Below the pieces are notes generated by a model, which saw nothing but the letters and a program-made list of their open reading frames with translations, did not search any database and was not told the DNA's origin. Shown in pieces: positions 39,896-49,987 of a stretch of 64,000 bases of DNA. This DNA comes from Desulfamplus sp. (lineage in GTDB: Bacteria; Desulfobacterota; Desulfobacteria; Desulfobacterales; Desulfobacteraceae), in contig JADFZQ010000018.1 in assembly GCA_015232455.1 (NCBI GenBank), positions 318 to 64,317 on the forward strand, read 5' to 3'. Made by a program: the position numbers and the translations under genes. Each line of letters starts with the position of its first letter. The stretch's first letter is position 1.

Positions 39896-40159
39896 ATGGA
39901 TGTCATTACTCACTCCCAAGTTTATGAATTAGTTATGAGGCTTCCTGCTGCTAAACTCTCTCTTGCATATAATCTATTGAAAGAGTTAAATAAAAAAAAA
40001 GAGAGTGAAGTATTATCAAAATCAGATTTTATGGATCTTCCTTTGAATGAGCGTAGTAGAATAATGGCGGAACAAGCACAAAAAATGATTTTTCATTATG
40101 AAAATAATATAGAAGAGCGTCAAGAGTGGGAAGCTGGAGAGTTTAATGATGAATATTAG
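39896..40159 (+). CDS. Putative antitoxin of an atypical, non-AbrB family
   Basis: 87 aa with an acidic C-terminus and a GGAG RBS. Overlaps the downstream MazF gene. Confidence 0.65.
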   Translation: MDVITHSQVYELVMRLPAAKLSLAYNLLKELNKKKESEVLSKSDFMDLPLNERSRIMAEQAQKMIFHYENNIEERQEWEAGEFNDEY

Positions 40160-40493
40160 TCGTGGCGATATTTGGAGAGTAAATCTTGATCCAACTGTAG
40201 GAGCAGAAATCAAAAAAAGCAGACCCGTTGTTGTTGTCAGTTCAGATGCTGTTGGATTGTTGCCGATTAAATTGGTAGCTCCTCTTACAGAATGGAAAGA
40301 TTACCTCACTTATAATATATGGCATGTAAAATTAATTCCAGACTGTTCAAACGGACTTGCAAAATCATCGGCTGTTGATACTTTGCAACTTCGTGGTGTT
40401 GATAAAAAGAGGTTTATTAAAAAAATAGGGATTGTGTCCCCTGAAATTTTGAGATCTATAGTAACATCAATAGCGGCTGTGATTGAATATTGA
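40146..40493 (+). CDS. mazF: PemK/MazF family endoribonuclease toxin
   Basis: RGDIWRVNLDPTVGAEIKKSRPVVVVS and QLRGVDKKRF. Confidence 0.93.
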   Translation: MMNISRGDIWRVNLDPTVGAEIKKSRPVVVVSSDAVGLLPIKLVAPLTEWKDYLTYNIWHVKLIPDCSNGLAKSSAVDTLQLRGVDKKRFIKKIGIVSPEILRSIVTSIAAVIEY

Positions 40494-40577
40494 ATTATAA
40501 TAAAAATTGCTAATCAATGGGTGAATCGAACGGGTAACTCTGTTTAGCTTGTTATAACAAAAAATTTGGAAATAATT

Positions 40578-41504
40578 ATGATTGAATCAATCTTACTCTG
40601 GATTTTTGGAATTATCATTGCACCTTTTCTCTCTGCTGTGATTCTTAAAGTAAAAGCCTTTTTCGGAGGAAAAAATGGACCCCCAATTTTTATAAACTAC
40701 TACACACTAATAAAGCTCTTTCAAAAAGGTTCAGTTTATAGCAAAAGCACAACCTTTATATTTAAAATGGGACCTATTATATCTCTTGCCTCTGCTTTAA
40801 CTGCGTTGATGTTTTTGCCCATTTTTGGATATAGACCTATTTTCTCATTTGAGGGCGATGTTATCTTTGTTCTTTACCTTTTTGGATTGGGAAGGTTTTT
40901 CACAATTGCCGCTGCAATGGATACAGCCTCTCCATTTGAAGGTATGGGAGCAGCAAGAGAGGCATTTTTCCCAATAATCTGCGAAGCCACAATGTTTATG
41001 ATTTTCATTCTATTTTACAAGTTAAATAATCATTTAAGCCTTGCTGGCTATTTTTCAAGCTCCTCTCCATCACATCTTTGGGATATGGCTGGCACTTCAA
41101 TGGTGTTTATAATTATCTCTTTGTTTATAGTACTTTTAACAGAAAATTCCCGTGTGCCAGTTGATGATCCAGCAACCCACCTTGAACTTACAATGATCCA
41201 TGAAGTTATGGTTCTTGACCACAGCGGACCTGATTTTGCATTTATTGAACTTGGTGCTTTTATAAAGCTGTTTTTCTATTCAAATATGGTATCAAGTCTT
41301 ATTTTGCCTTTTCAAAGAGATGGTATAGTTTTTCCACATTCTCTTATCTTAGGTATAGTTTCTACTTTAATTGTCTATACCTGCGTTGGAGTTATGGAGT
41401 CAGTAGTTGCTCGTTATAAAATGAGCAAAGTCCCTAAATTTGTCCTCACATCTTTTGCATTAGCCTTTTTTGCAACTGTTATAACTATGGAGTTTATAAA
41501 ATGA
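40578..41504 (+). CDS. hyfC: HyfC/NuoH-like membrane subunit
   Basis: GPPIF, DTASPFEGMGAARE and ENSRVPVDDPATHLELTMIHE. Confidence 0.9.
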   Translation: MIESILLWIFGIIIAPFLSAVILKVKAFFGGKNGPPIFINYYTLIKLFQKGSVYSKSTTFIFKMGPIISLASALTALMFLPIFGYRPIFSFEGDVIFVLYLFGLGRFFTIAAAMDTASPFEGMGAAREAFFPIICEATMFMIFILFYKLNNHLSLAGYFSSSSPSHLWDMAGTSMVFIIISLFIVLLTENSRVPVDDPATHLELTMIHEVMVLDHSGPDFAFIELGAFIKLFFYSNMVSSLILPFQRDGIVFPHSLILGIVSTLIVYTCVGVMESVVARYKMSKVPKFVLTSFALAFFATVITMEFIK

Positions 41505-42142
41505 TCTACTCAGTTGACACGGTTCTATCATTAGCACTTTTATCAAGCCTGTTTGCTCTTGGCTCAAGCCGTCTTCCGGGACTTATTAAAGTTGTTGGGT
41601 TTCAAGGTATCGTAGTATCAATAGTGCCGATATTTATTGACCATAACGTAACCAGCACGGCTGTAACCTTTTATATGTTTACTATGACAATAAGAGGTGT
41701 TGTTATTCCGCTTTGCATCTATCTTTTGATAAAAAAGATTGCGATCCGCCGTGAAGTTCAGCCCATAATTGGATATAATGCCTCATTGTTTGCAGGTCTT
41801 ATTCTAATTGTTGCTGCATCTATTATAAACAAGCAGTTAGTTTTACCAGCAACTACAAGCAGTGTTCTTCTTATGCCGACAGCTATTACGATTCTTGTAA
41901 CTGGAATGTTTATTTTAATGGTAAGAAGAAACGCAATAGCTATGGTTCTTGGTTATCTTATGATGGAAAACGGCATATACCTTGTAGGAACAACATTTTC
42001 AATGGGAACGCACCATATTGTGGAGTTTGGTATTTTGCTTGATGTGCTTGCCGGCGTTATGATTATGGCTATAATGCTTGAGAACATGAAACAGCAATTT
42101 GATGATGTTGACACTGCATTTTTAAGCGAATTAAAGGAATAG
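41501..42142 (+). CDS. hyfE: HyfE-like membrane subunit
   Basis: Hydrophobic; RREVQP, GYLMMENG and LDVL. Confidence 0.88.
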   Translation: MIYSVDTVLSLALLSSLFALGSSRLPGLIKVVGFQGIVVSIVPIFIDHNVTSTAVTFYMFTMTIRGVVIPLCIYLLIKKIAIRREVQPIIGYNASLFAGLILIVAASIINKQLVLPATTSSVLLMPTAITILVTGMFILMVRRNAIAMVLGYLMMENGIYLVGTTFSMGTHHIVEFGILLDVLAGVMIMAIMLENMKQQFDDVDTAFLSELKE

Positions 42143-42153
42143 ATTATTTTATC

Positions 42154-43683
42154 ATGGTTAAAATTTTAATAATTCTTCCATTTATTGTCGGTATGATTGC
42201 CTTTTTTCTTCCAAAAAAAGTGGGTAGAAAGCTGCTTGTTATAATTGGAGCTATACATCTTATAACTTCAATTCTTTTGTGGATAAATCGTCCTGAAATG
42301 CCTTTTCCAGATTATTTTGCACTCACTCCAGAGGGGCTTTTGTCTCTGCTTGTCATATCTTTTCTATTTTTCCTTATCTCCATATATTCAGCAGCTTATC
42401 TTGAATACGAAGAGACTATCTCTTCATTATCAAATATTCATAATCAATCATTGCCAATACCTGAACCATCACAAATACCGCATAATGAGCAGATCAAGTC
42501 TGAAAATATTTTTATTGGCTCAATGCTGATATTTTTATCAACTATGACTATGGTAACTTTATCTGATCATATTATGGTTATGTGGATTGCAATAGAGGCA
42601 ACAACAATTGCAAGTGCACCTCTTATTTACTCTCACAGAACAACAGCATCTCTTGAAGCTACTTGGAAATACGTTATTATCTGCTCAGTTGGTATCGCAA
42701 TGGCACTTCTTGGGTCAATTTTTATTGCTATAGCTATGGATGTTGGAAAGATAAATGTTTCTGTCTCTTTTTCAGCTTTAATATCTGTTGCAAAAGAGCT
42801 TGATCCAATTTGGCTGAAAACTGGCTTTGTCTTTATACTTGTAGGATATGGCACTAAAATGGGTCTTGCTCCAATGCACACATGGGTTCCCGATGCCCAT
42901 TCTGAAGCACCAAGTCCTGCATCAGCTCTATTATCAGGAGTTTTGCTTAACTGTGCCTATCTTGGAATTTTCAAAACTAATAAAATCATGCACAGTGCTG
43001 GTCTTGGTGAGTTTTCTGGTAATATTCTTATTGCTTTTGGTCTGATTTCCATTGTTGCTGCTGCCACGTTTATCCTTAAACAGACTGAATACAAAAGGCT
43101 TCTTGCATACTCAAGTATCGAGAACATGGGAATTATTGCATTTGGCACAGGCATTGGCGGAATGGGTGCTTATGGTGCAATTTTATGTCTTATCCATCAT
43201 AGCTTGATTAAATCTTCACTATTCTTAACTTCTGGAAATATTCTTCTTGGTTATGGAACTAAATTTATTAAAAAAACAGGCTGCATGGTAAAATTTATGC
43301 CAAAAAGTTTTACAGCCTTTTTTGCTGGATTTACTGGCATTGCTGGATTTCCACCTTTTGGGATATTTATTGGTGAATTTTTTATTATTATGGCTGCTTT
43401 TCGTTCTGGGCATTTTTTTGAAGCTGCAATTTTTATATTGATGCTTTGTATAATATTTGCTGGTTTCTCAACTCAAATGATGAAAATATCATTTGGTCCC
43501 CCCTCAGATAATGAGAGTTCTAAGGTAAAAACTGCTCATATAACTTCTAAAATAGAGAAAGACGCGGCAATGATATTCCCTCAATATATTCTTCTTATAA
43601 CATCAATTATATTGTGCTTCTGGATGCCTGATTCGCTCTATGAGACGGTTGTGAGTGCAGTTGCATTTATGGGGGGAATGTAA
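42154..43683 (+). CDS. hyfF: HyfF-like antiporter-like membrane subunit
   Basis: WIAIEATT, LEATWKY, GYGTKMGLAPMHTWVPDAHSEAP and KRLLAYSSIENMG. Confidence 0.9.
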   Translation: MVKILIILPFIVGMIAFFLPKKVGRKLLVIIGAIHLITSILLWINRPEMPFPDYFALTPEGLLSLLVISFLFFLISIYSAAYLEYEETISSLSNIHNQSLPIPEPSQIPHNEQIKSENIFIGSMLIFLSTMTMVTLSDHIMVMWIAIEATTIASAPLIYSHRTTASLEATWKYVIICSVGIAMALLGSIFIAIAMDVGKINVSVSFSALISVAKELDPIWLKTGFVFILVGYGTKMGLAPMHTWVPDAHSEAPSPASALLSGVLLNCAYLGIFKTNKIMHSAGLGEFSGNILIAFGLISIVAAATFILKQTEYKRLLAYSSIENMGIIAFGTGIGGMGAYGAILCLIHHSLIKSSLFLTSGNILLGYGTKFIKKTGCMVKFMPKSFTAFFAGFTGIAGFPPFGIFIGEFFIIMAAFRSGHFFEAAIFILMLCIIFAGFSTQMMKISFGPPSDNESSKVKTAHITSKIEKDAAMIFPQYILLITSIILCFWMPDSLYETVVSAVAFMGGM

Positions 43684-45362
43684 TGGAAACACAATTTTTA
43701 GAAATCTCAAATGGAACTGCAATATCAAGAAAAGAGATACCTAATTTGACATTTGATGTTTTTAGAGAAAATGCAGTTAAGTTGGTCAGAAACAATGCAA
43801 AGATTGTTCAATTTTTTGGTTATGAAGATATTGATAATGATTCGTACAAAAATAGTAACGCAATAAAATTGTTAGCGGTTCTTAGGACAAACAGAGTTCA
43901 CGCTGGCAGGCACTACACACTTTTTGCTGCAACGTGCGATGCCCCTTCCTCTTATCCATCTTTAACTTTAGAGTGCGAGCCTTTTCATCTGTTTGAAAGA
44001 GAAATTGCAGAACAGTTTGGAATAGTGCCAGAAGGACACCCTTGGCTTAAAATGGTAAGATACCACCCAAACAGTCAAGGCAGACCCGATGTTTTTGGCA
44101 ATGATTATGCCAAAGATAGTCAGGGCAACTACTATTATAAAGACGATATTCCGGGAAATTATCCATATTATTCAGTTGAGGGAAAAGAGATTCATGAAGT
44201 TGCTGTAGGTCCTGTTCATGCTGGAGTTATTGAACCCGGACATTTTAGATTTAACTGTATTGGTGAGAAAGTTCTCCATTTAGAGATTCAGTTGGGTTAT
44301 CAGCATAGGGGAGTTGAAGAGCTTATTCCTAAAGCAGAGCCGAAACGTCTGCCAATTATAATTGAATCAATTGCTGGAGATACTTCAGTTGCAAATGCTG
44401 TCTCTTTTGCACAAGTTATTGAATCTCTAATCCACAAGGAATATAAAGAACAGAGGCACAAAGACCATAAAGAACATAGATTCCAGCCTGACACTGGTGC
44501 AAAGAAGATAAGAACAATTGCTCTTGAACTTGAACGCATTGCAAACCATGTTGGCGACCTTGGGGCATTAAGTGGTGATGTTGCCTTTTTACCACCCGCC
44601 AACTACTTTGGGCGTATGAGAGGCGATTTCTTAAACATGACTCTTCTTATCTGTGGGAACAGATTTGGCAAAGGTTTAGTAAGACCCGGAGGAGTTCGAT
44701 TTTCCATTGAAACCTCTCTTCGTGAAGAGCTTATGAGGCGTATAAATGAGCTTGAGATTCAAGTTGCTAATGTAATTGAACTTTTGCTTATAACAACACC
44801 AAGTGTCAGAGATAGATTTGAAGATTGTGGAGTTGTCAGCCGTTCAGACGCACATGAGCTTGGACTTGTTGGACCCGCTGGTCGTGCTTGCGGTCTATCT
44901 TACGATGCAAGAAGAGCATTTCCAACCGAATACTATCCAAATATTGATATTCCTGAGAATGCAAAATCTACAGGAGATGTCTATGCAAGGGCAACAGTTA
45001 GAGCCGACGAGATTATGCAATCTATTGCAATTATTAAAAATCTTCTACAAGAGCCAATTGAAACTTCTATTGAAAACAGTTGTTTAGGTTTTAAAGATAA
45101 CCAGATTGATAAAGGTAATTCAAAATTGTTGTCTGATTTTGCCCCTGACTCATTTGTAGTAACAATCAACGAAGCATGGAGAGGCGAGCTTTCACACTCT
45201 ATTCTTACAGACAAAAATGGAAAAATTATCCGTTACAAGATAAAAGACCCCTCATTTCACAATTGGAGCGGTCTTGCAATGTCTCTTAGAAATACTGAAA
45301 TTTCAGATTTTCCATTAAACAATAAGAGCTATAACCTATCTTACTGTGGATTTGATTTGTAA
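43683..45362 (+). CDS. EhrL: HyfG/HycE-like (NuoCD-like) large subunit lacking NiFe-binding motifs
   Basis: EREIAE, VGPVHAGVIEPGHFRF, ELERIANH and KDPSFHNW. No RxCGxC or DPCxxC; ends SYNLSYCGFDL. Confidence 0.88.
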   Translation: METQFLEISNGTAISRKEIPNLTFDVFRENAVKLVRNNAKIVQFFGYEDIDNDSYKNSNAIKLLAVLRTNRVHAGRHYTLFAATCDAPSSYPSLTLECEPFHLFEREIAEQFGIVPEGHPWLKMVRYHPNSQGRPDVFGNDYAKDSQGNYYYKDDIPGNYPYYSVEGKEIHEVAVGPVHAGVIEPGHFRFNCIGEKVLHLEIQLGYQHRGVEELIPKAEPKRLPIIIESIAGDTSVANAVSFAQVIESLIHKEYKEQRHKDHKEHRFQPDTGAKKIRTIALELERIANHVGDLGALSGDVAFLPPANYFGRMRGDFLNMTLLICGNRFGKGLVRPGGVRFSIETSLREELMRRINELEIQVANVIELLLITTPSVRDRFEDCGVVSRSDAHELGLVGPAGRACGLSYDARRAFPTEYYPNIDIPENAKSTGDVYARATVRADEIMQSIAIIKNLLQEPIETSIENSCLGFKDNQIDKGNSKLLSDFAPDSFVVTINEAWRGELSHSILTDKNGKIIRYKIKDPSFHNWSGLAMSLRNTEISDFPLNNKSYNLSYCGFDL

Positions 45363-45392
45363 ACTTTTATATACCCAGCAAGGTCATAATTT

Positions 45393-45420
45393 GTAGGGTT
45401 TAACCATGGTTAAACCCTAC
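45393..45420. repeat. 28-nt GTAG...CTAC perfect palindrome inside the Ehr operon
   Basis: GTAGGGTTTAACCATGGTTAAACCCTAC; the palindrome extends to 32 bp with TT/AA flanks. Confidence 0.8.
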
Positions 45421-45450
45421 AATAAAAACAAACGATAAAGAAGAATAACA

Positions 45451-46203
45451 ATGCTTGATACTTTAAAAAATAGAATTAAACAGGGCTATAGAACTACTGA
45501 ATATCCAAAAAAGACAATCGCTTTACCAGCAAGGTATCGGGGATTACCCAAAATAAGCCAACATAGTGATTCCAAAATTATTAATATATGTGCCGATGCC
45601 TGTCCTCAAGATGCTATTAATATAGAAAAAAAAAAGGTTGATATGGGTCGATGTGTTTTTTGCGGAACTTGCGAAAAATTATCAGATGGACAATTTATAA
45701 AATTTACCCAGAATTTTGAATATTCTGTTGCAAATAAAGAGCATCTTCTAACATCAGGAACTTTGCCAGACCTTGCAAAACACTCTAAACAGCACTTTAA
45801 AAAGCTGTTTGGGCGTTCTTTGCAGCTTCGTCAAGTATCTGCTGCTGGCTGCAATGCTTGTGAAGCAGATTTGAATGTTCTTGCAACCCCTTTTTTTGAC
45901 CTTGCACGTTTTGGCATCAACTTTGTAGCATCACCAAGACATGCTGACGGCTTGGTTGTTACAGGTCCAATATCTAAAAATATGAAAACAGCTTTAATTC
46001 AAACTTATGAAGCTATGCCAGAGCCAAAGGTTGTAATTGCTGTTGGAAGTTGTGCTATCACAGGCGGACCATTTAGAGGATATCCTGAAGTATCAGATGG
46101 TCTTGACAGTATCATTCCTGTTGATCTTTACATTCCGGGCTGCCCGCCACATCCTCTTACAAATCTTCATGCACTTCTTACATTTTTCAAAAAAAACGTG
46201 TAA
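45451..46203 (+). CDS. EhrS: ferredoxin (HyfH-like) fused to NuoB/HyfI-like small subunit
   Basis: CADACP and CVFCGTC, then AAGCNACE, SPRHADG, AVGSCAITGG and IPGCPP. Confidence 0.9.
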   Translation: MLDTLKNRIKQGYRTTEYPKKTIALPARYRGLPKISQHSDSKIINICADACPQDAINIEKKKVDMGRCVFCGTCEKLSDGQFIKFTQNFEYSVANKEHLLTSGTLPDLAKHSKQHFKKLFGRSLQLRQVSAAGCNACEADLNVLATPFFDLARFGINFVASPRHADGLVVTGPISKNMKTALIQTYEAMPEPKVVIAVGSCAITGGPFRGYPEVSDGLDSIIPVDLYIPGCPPHPLTNLHALLTFFKKNV

Positions 46204-46330
46204 AAGCCCGTTAAAATATTCACCTTATAGAATAGAATTTATCAGGTCAAAAACAGATGAAATTAACTTTTTAGAGTTATTTCAGAAAAAATTTATAATA
46301 GCCAATATGGCAAAAAGGATATATTTCTTG

Positions 46331-47590
46331 ATGGAAGAAAATAACCACTTAGTAGAAAATAAAATGGTTGAAAAATTTGTTTGTAATGGAAAAAATATAA
46401 CTCTTATTGGCACAGCTCACGTATCAAAAGAGAGTGCAGAGCTTGTAAAAGAGGTGATTCATAGAGATAAACCAGATACTGTATGTGTAGAGCTTTGTGC
46501 TACAAGGCTTAAATCTATTCGAGATAGTGATAGCTGGCGAAATATGGATATTGTAAAAGTTATTCGAGAAAAAAAATCTATGTTTCTTCTTATAAATTTG
46601 ATGCTTGCATCTTTCCAGAAACGAATTGCTCAAAAATTTGATATAAAGCCTGGACAAGAGATGATAAATGCGATTGAAGCTGCAACTATAGAGAATGCAC
46701 AAATTATACCTGCTGATCGTGAAGTCCAAATTACAATTACACGGGTATGGCGCAGCATGGGATTTTGGGAAAAGATTAAATTAATGTTCCAGTTAATTCT
46801 CTCTCTCTTCAGTTCAGAAGATATAACTGAAGAAGAGATTGAGAAGATGAAACAAGAAGATATTTTGCAAACCCTTTTAGCAGATGTCAAAAAAGAACAC
46901 CCAATAATGGAAAGAGTACTTATTGATGAGCGAGATCAATATCTTGCTAAAAAAATAAGAACAGCTCCAGGAGAAAAGATTGTTGCTGTTGTGGGTGCTG
47001 GACATCTTGCAGGAATTAAACGTTATATAGGAGTTGATAATAACAACTATTTAGGGGAAGGGGTTGCTAAACAAAATGTTGCAGAGAACAATAAGAGTAT
47101 CTCTTCATATCAAGATATTGACATCTCAAAACTTGAGGAGTTGCCAGAGCCTGATCTTTTTACAAAAACATTAAAATGGTTAATTCCTTTATCAATTATC
47201 TTTCTTTTTGCCGCTGGTTTTTTTATGAAAGGAACAGATACTGGAACAGATATGGTTTGGCTTTGGATTGGAATAAATGGTTTATTTGCTGGTATCGGTT
47301 CACTTGTAGCACTTGCACATCCCTACAGTATTATTTCAGCTATGGTTGCAGCACCTATCACGATTTTACATCCAATGATTGCTGCTGGTTGGGTTTCAGG
47401 GCTTGTTGAGGCAATCACAAGAAAACCAAAAGTTAGAGACCTTGAGTCAATACCTATTGACATTATGTCTGTTAGAGGATTTTGGCGTAATAGTGTTACA
47501 AGAATTTTGCTTGTTGTTGTCTTTACAAATATAGGAGCAACTATTGGTGCGTTTACAGCTATCCCTATTATGCTAAAGATCATAAATTAA
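46331..47590 (+). CDS. TraB/GumN (pheromone-shutdown-like) family membrane protein
   Basis: LIGTAHVS, VCVELC, PGQEM, LIDERDQY and VVGAGH, with C-terminal TMs. Start is 46307, 46331 or 46364; the track start at 46037 is over-extended. Confidence 0.9.
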   Translation: MEENNHLVENKMVEKFVCNGKNITLIGTAHVSKESAELVKEVIHRDKPDTVCVELCATRLKSIRDSDSWRNMDIVKVIREKKSMFLLINLMLASFQKRIAQKFDIKPGQEMINAIEAATIENAQIIPADREVQITITRVWRSMGFWEKIKLMFQLILSLFSSEDITEEEIEKMKQEDILQTLLADVKKEHPIMERVLIDERDQYLAKKIRTAPGEKIVAVVGAGHLAGIKRYIGVDNNNYLGEGVAKQNVAENNKSISSYQDIDISKLEELPEPDLFTKTLKWLIPLSIIFLFAAGFFMKGTDTGTDMVWLWIGINGLFAGIGSLVALAHPYSIISAMVAAPITILHPMIAAGWVSGLVEAITRKPKVRDLESIPIDIMSVRGFWRNSVTRILLVVVFTNIGATIGAFTAIPIMLKIIN

Positions 47591-47657
47591 ATCTGAGTTA
47601 CCTACATTTTTTGTTCTTGTAAAAAAATTGCTTTTCTGTTAGCAGAGGGCTTTTAAT

Positions 47658-47686
47658 ATTATGACGCAAATTATGACGCAAATTAT
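47658..47686. repeat. 12-bp tandem direct repeat ATTATGACGCAA (2.4 copies) upstream of mreB
   Basis: ATTATGACGCAA ATTATGACGCAA ATTAT. Confidence 0.7.
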
Positions 47687-47775
47687 TTTTTAAGAGCAAT
47701 TTAACGATTAGACTCAATAATATGTTTTTAAAAAGAGTTGTTTTACAAATACTTATTTTAGTCATGTTTTTATAA

Positions 47776-48879
<1,104 letters not shown>

Positions 48880-48883
48880 TTCA

Positions 48884-49987
48884 ATGTTCTCAAGAAAAAC
48901 AGCATTTCTTATAGGGATTGTCCTTTTTGTGGCAACGACTTTTACAATACTAACTGTTAGCAGTCGTAACTCCTTGACTGACAATGGTGTTGAGCGTATT
49001 GCTATATCTCTTATTTCACCTTTTCAGATGGCGGTTTCAGCTTCATTTAGGTGGTGTTCTGATATTTGGTATATCTATTTTTCAACTGTTTCTGCTGGTG
49101 AGGAGAACATTGAGCTAAAGAGGCAGCTTGCCATTGCAATGGCTTCTCAAAATAGATGCAAAGAGCTTGAGCTTGAAAATAGTCGTCTTAGAAGATTTAT
49201 TGACTTTGATGATGCTTCTGACCATGTTTTTATTGCCGCAAAGGTAATTGGTAGGGATCCATCTCCTTGGTTTCAAACTCTAATGATTAACAAGGGAGGG
49301 AGAGAGGGGCTTGTAAAAGGACTTCCTGTTCTTGTTTCTGAAGGCGTAGTAGGACAGACTGTAGAGGTATCTGAAAAATTTTCAAGAGTACTCCTGATTA
49401 CTGATCGTAATAGTGCCGTAGATGCACTTGTTCAAAGTTCAAGAGCAAGAGGTATTGTTCAAGGTAACAATACAGATAGATGTCTTTTTAAATATGCTTT
49501 AAGAAAAGATGAGATTATGCAGGGAGATATTATAATCTCTTCAGGATTAGATCAGGTTTTCCCAAAAGGATTAAGAATTGGAGAGGTGATTGAAATAAAA
49601 AAAGATAATTCTGATCTTTTCCAAATGATTTTTATTAAGACATTTGTTGATTTTGATAAGTTAGAAGAGGTTCTTGTCTCAAGTAAACCCGTAGATACGG
49701 CAATTGATAGCAATGAACTTTATATGATAGAAGATGAAGAAGATCATATAGATAGCAATATAGAAGAAGAAGATTTGCAACTACAAGAAGAGAGTAGTGT
49801 AGTAAAATCGGTTAAAAAATCTGTTAAGAATACATCATCTAAGCAGTCAAATATCTCAACAAAAAGAACTATTTTAGAAAAACCTTCAAATATAGAAGGT
49901 TCAGGAACTATTCCAAATAAAGAAGCGTTGGAGAAGCCAGCAAAGAGAGAGTCATCATCAAAATTACAAAAGAAAGAGGAACAATGA
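48884..49987 (+). CDS. mreC: Rod shape-determining protein MreC with a long charged C-terminal tail
   Basis: N-terminal TM, coiled coil, INKGGREG, SSGLDQVFPKGLRIG, and operon position. Confidence 0.93.
   Translation: MFSRKTAFLIGIVLFVATTFTILTVSSRNSLTDNGVERIAISLISPFQMAVSASFRWCSDIWYIYFSTVSAGEENIELKRQLAIAMASQNRCKELELENSRLRRFIDFDDASDHVFIAAKVIGRDPSPWFQTLMINKGGREGLVKGLPVLVSEGVVGQTVEVSEKFSRVLLITDRNSAVDALVQSSRARGIVQGNNTDRCLFKYALRKDEIMQGDIIISSGLDQVFPKGLRIGEVIEIKKDNSDLFQMIFIKTFVDFDKLEEVLVSSKPVDTAIDSNELYMIEDEEDHIDSNIEEEDLQLQEESSVVKSVKKSVKNTSSKQSNISTKRTILEKPSNIEGSGTIPNKEALEKPAKRESSSKLQKKEEQ

Noticed and set aside
40494-40560. attC-like site after the second MazF (GCTAATCAATGGGTGAATCGAACGG...TTAGCTTGTTATAAC)
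   Set aside because: It superficially resembles an integron cassette end, but the R and L box spacing is asymmetric and the core AAC is not intact. No integrase or array is nearby. IntegronFinder would settle it.
3327-45420. 28-nt palindromes as CRISPR repeats
   Set aside because: They are dispersed singly, not regularly spaced, and no cas genes are present.
37691-46203. Annotation as an active NiFe hydrogenase-4 or formate hydrogenlyase
   Set aside because: The large subunit lacks both NiFe-binding CxxC motifs and a maturation tail.
46037-46330. N-terminal extension of the TraB-family ORF
   Set aside because: It overlaps ehrS by 167 nt and has no family-like sequence. The true start is near 46307-46364.
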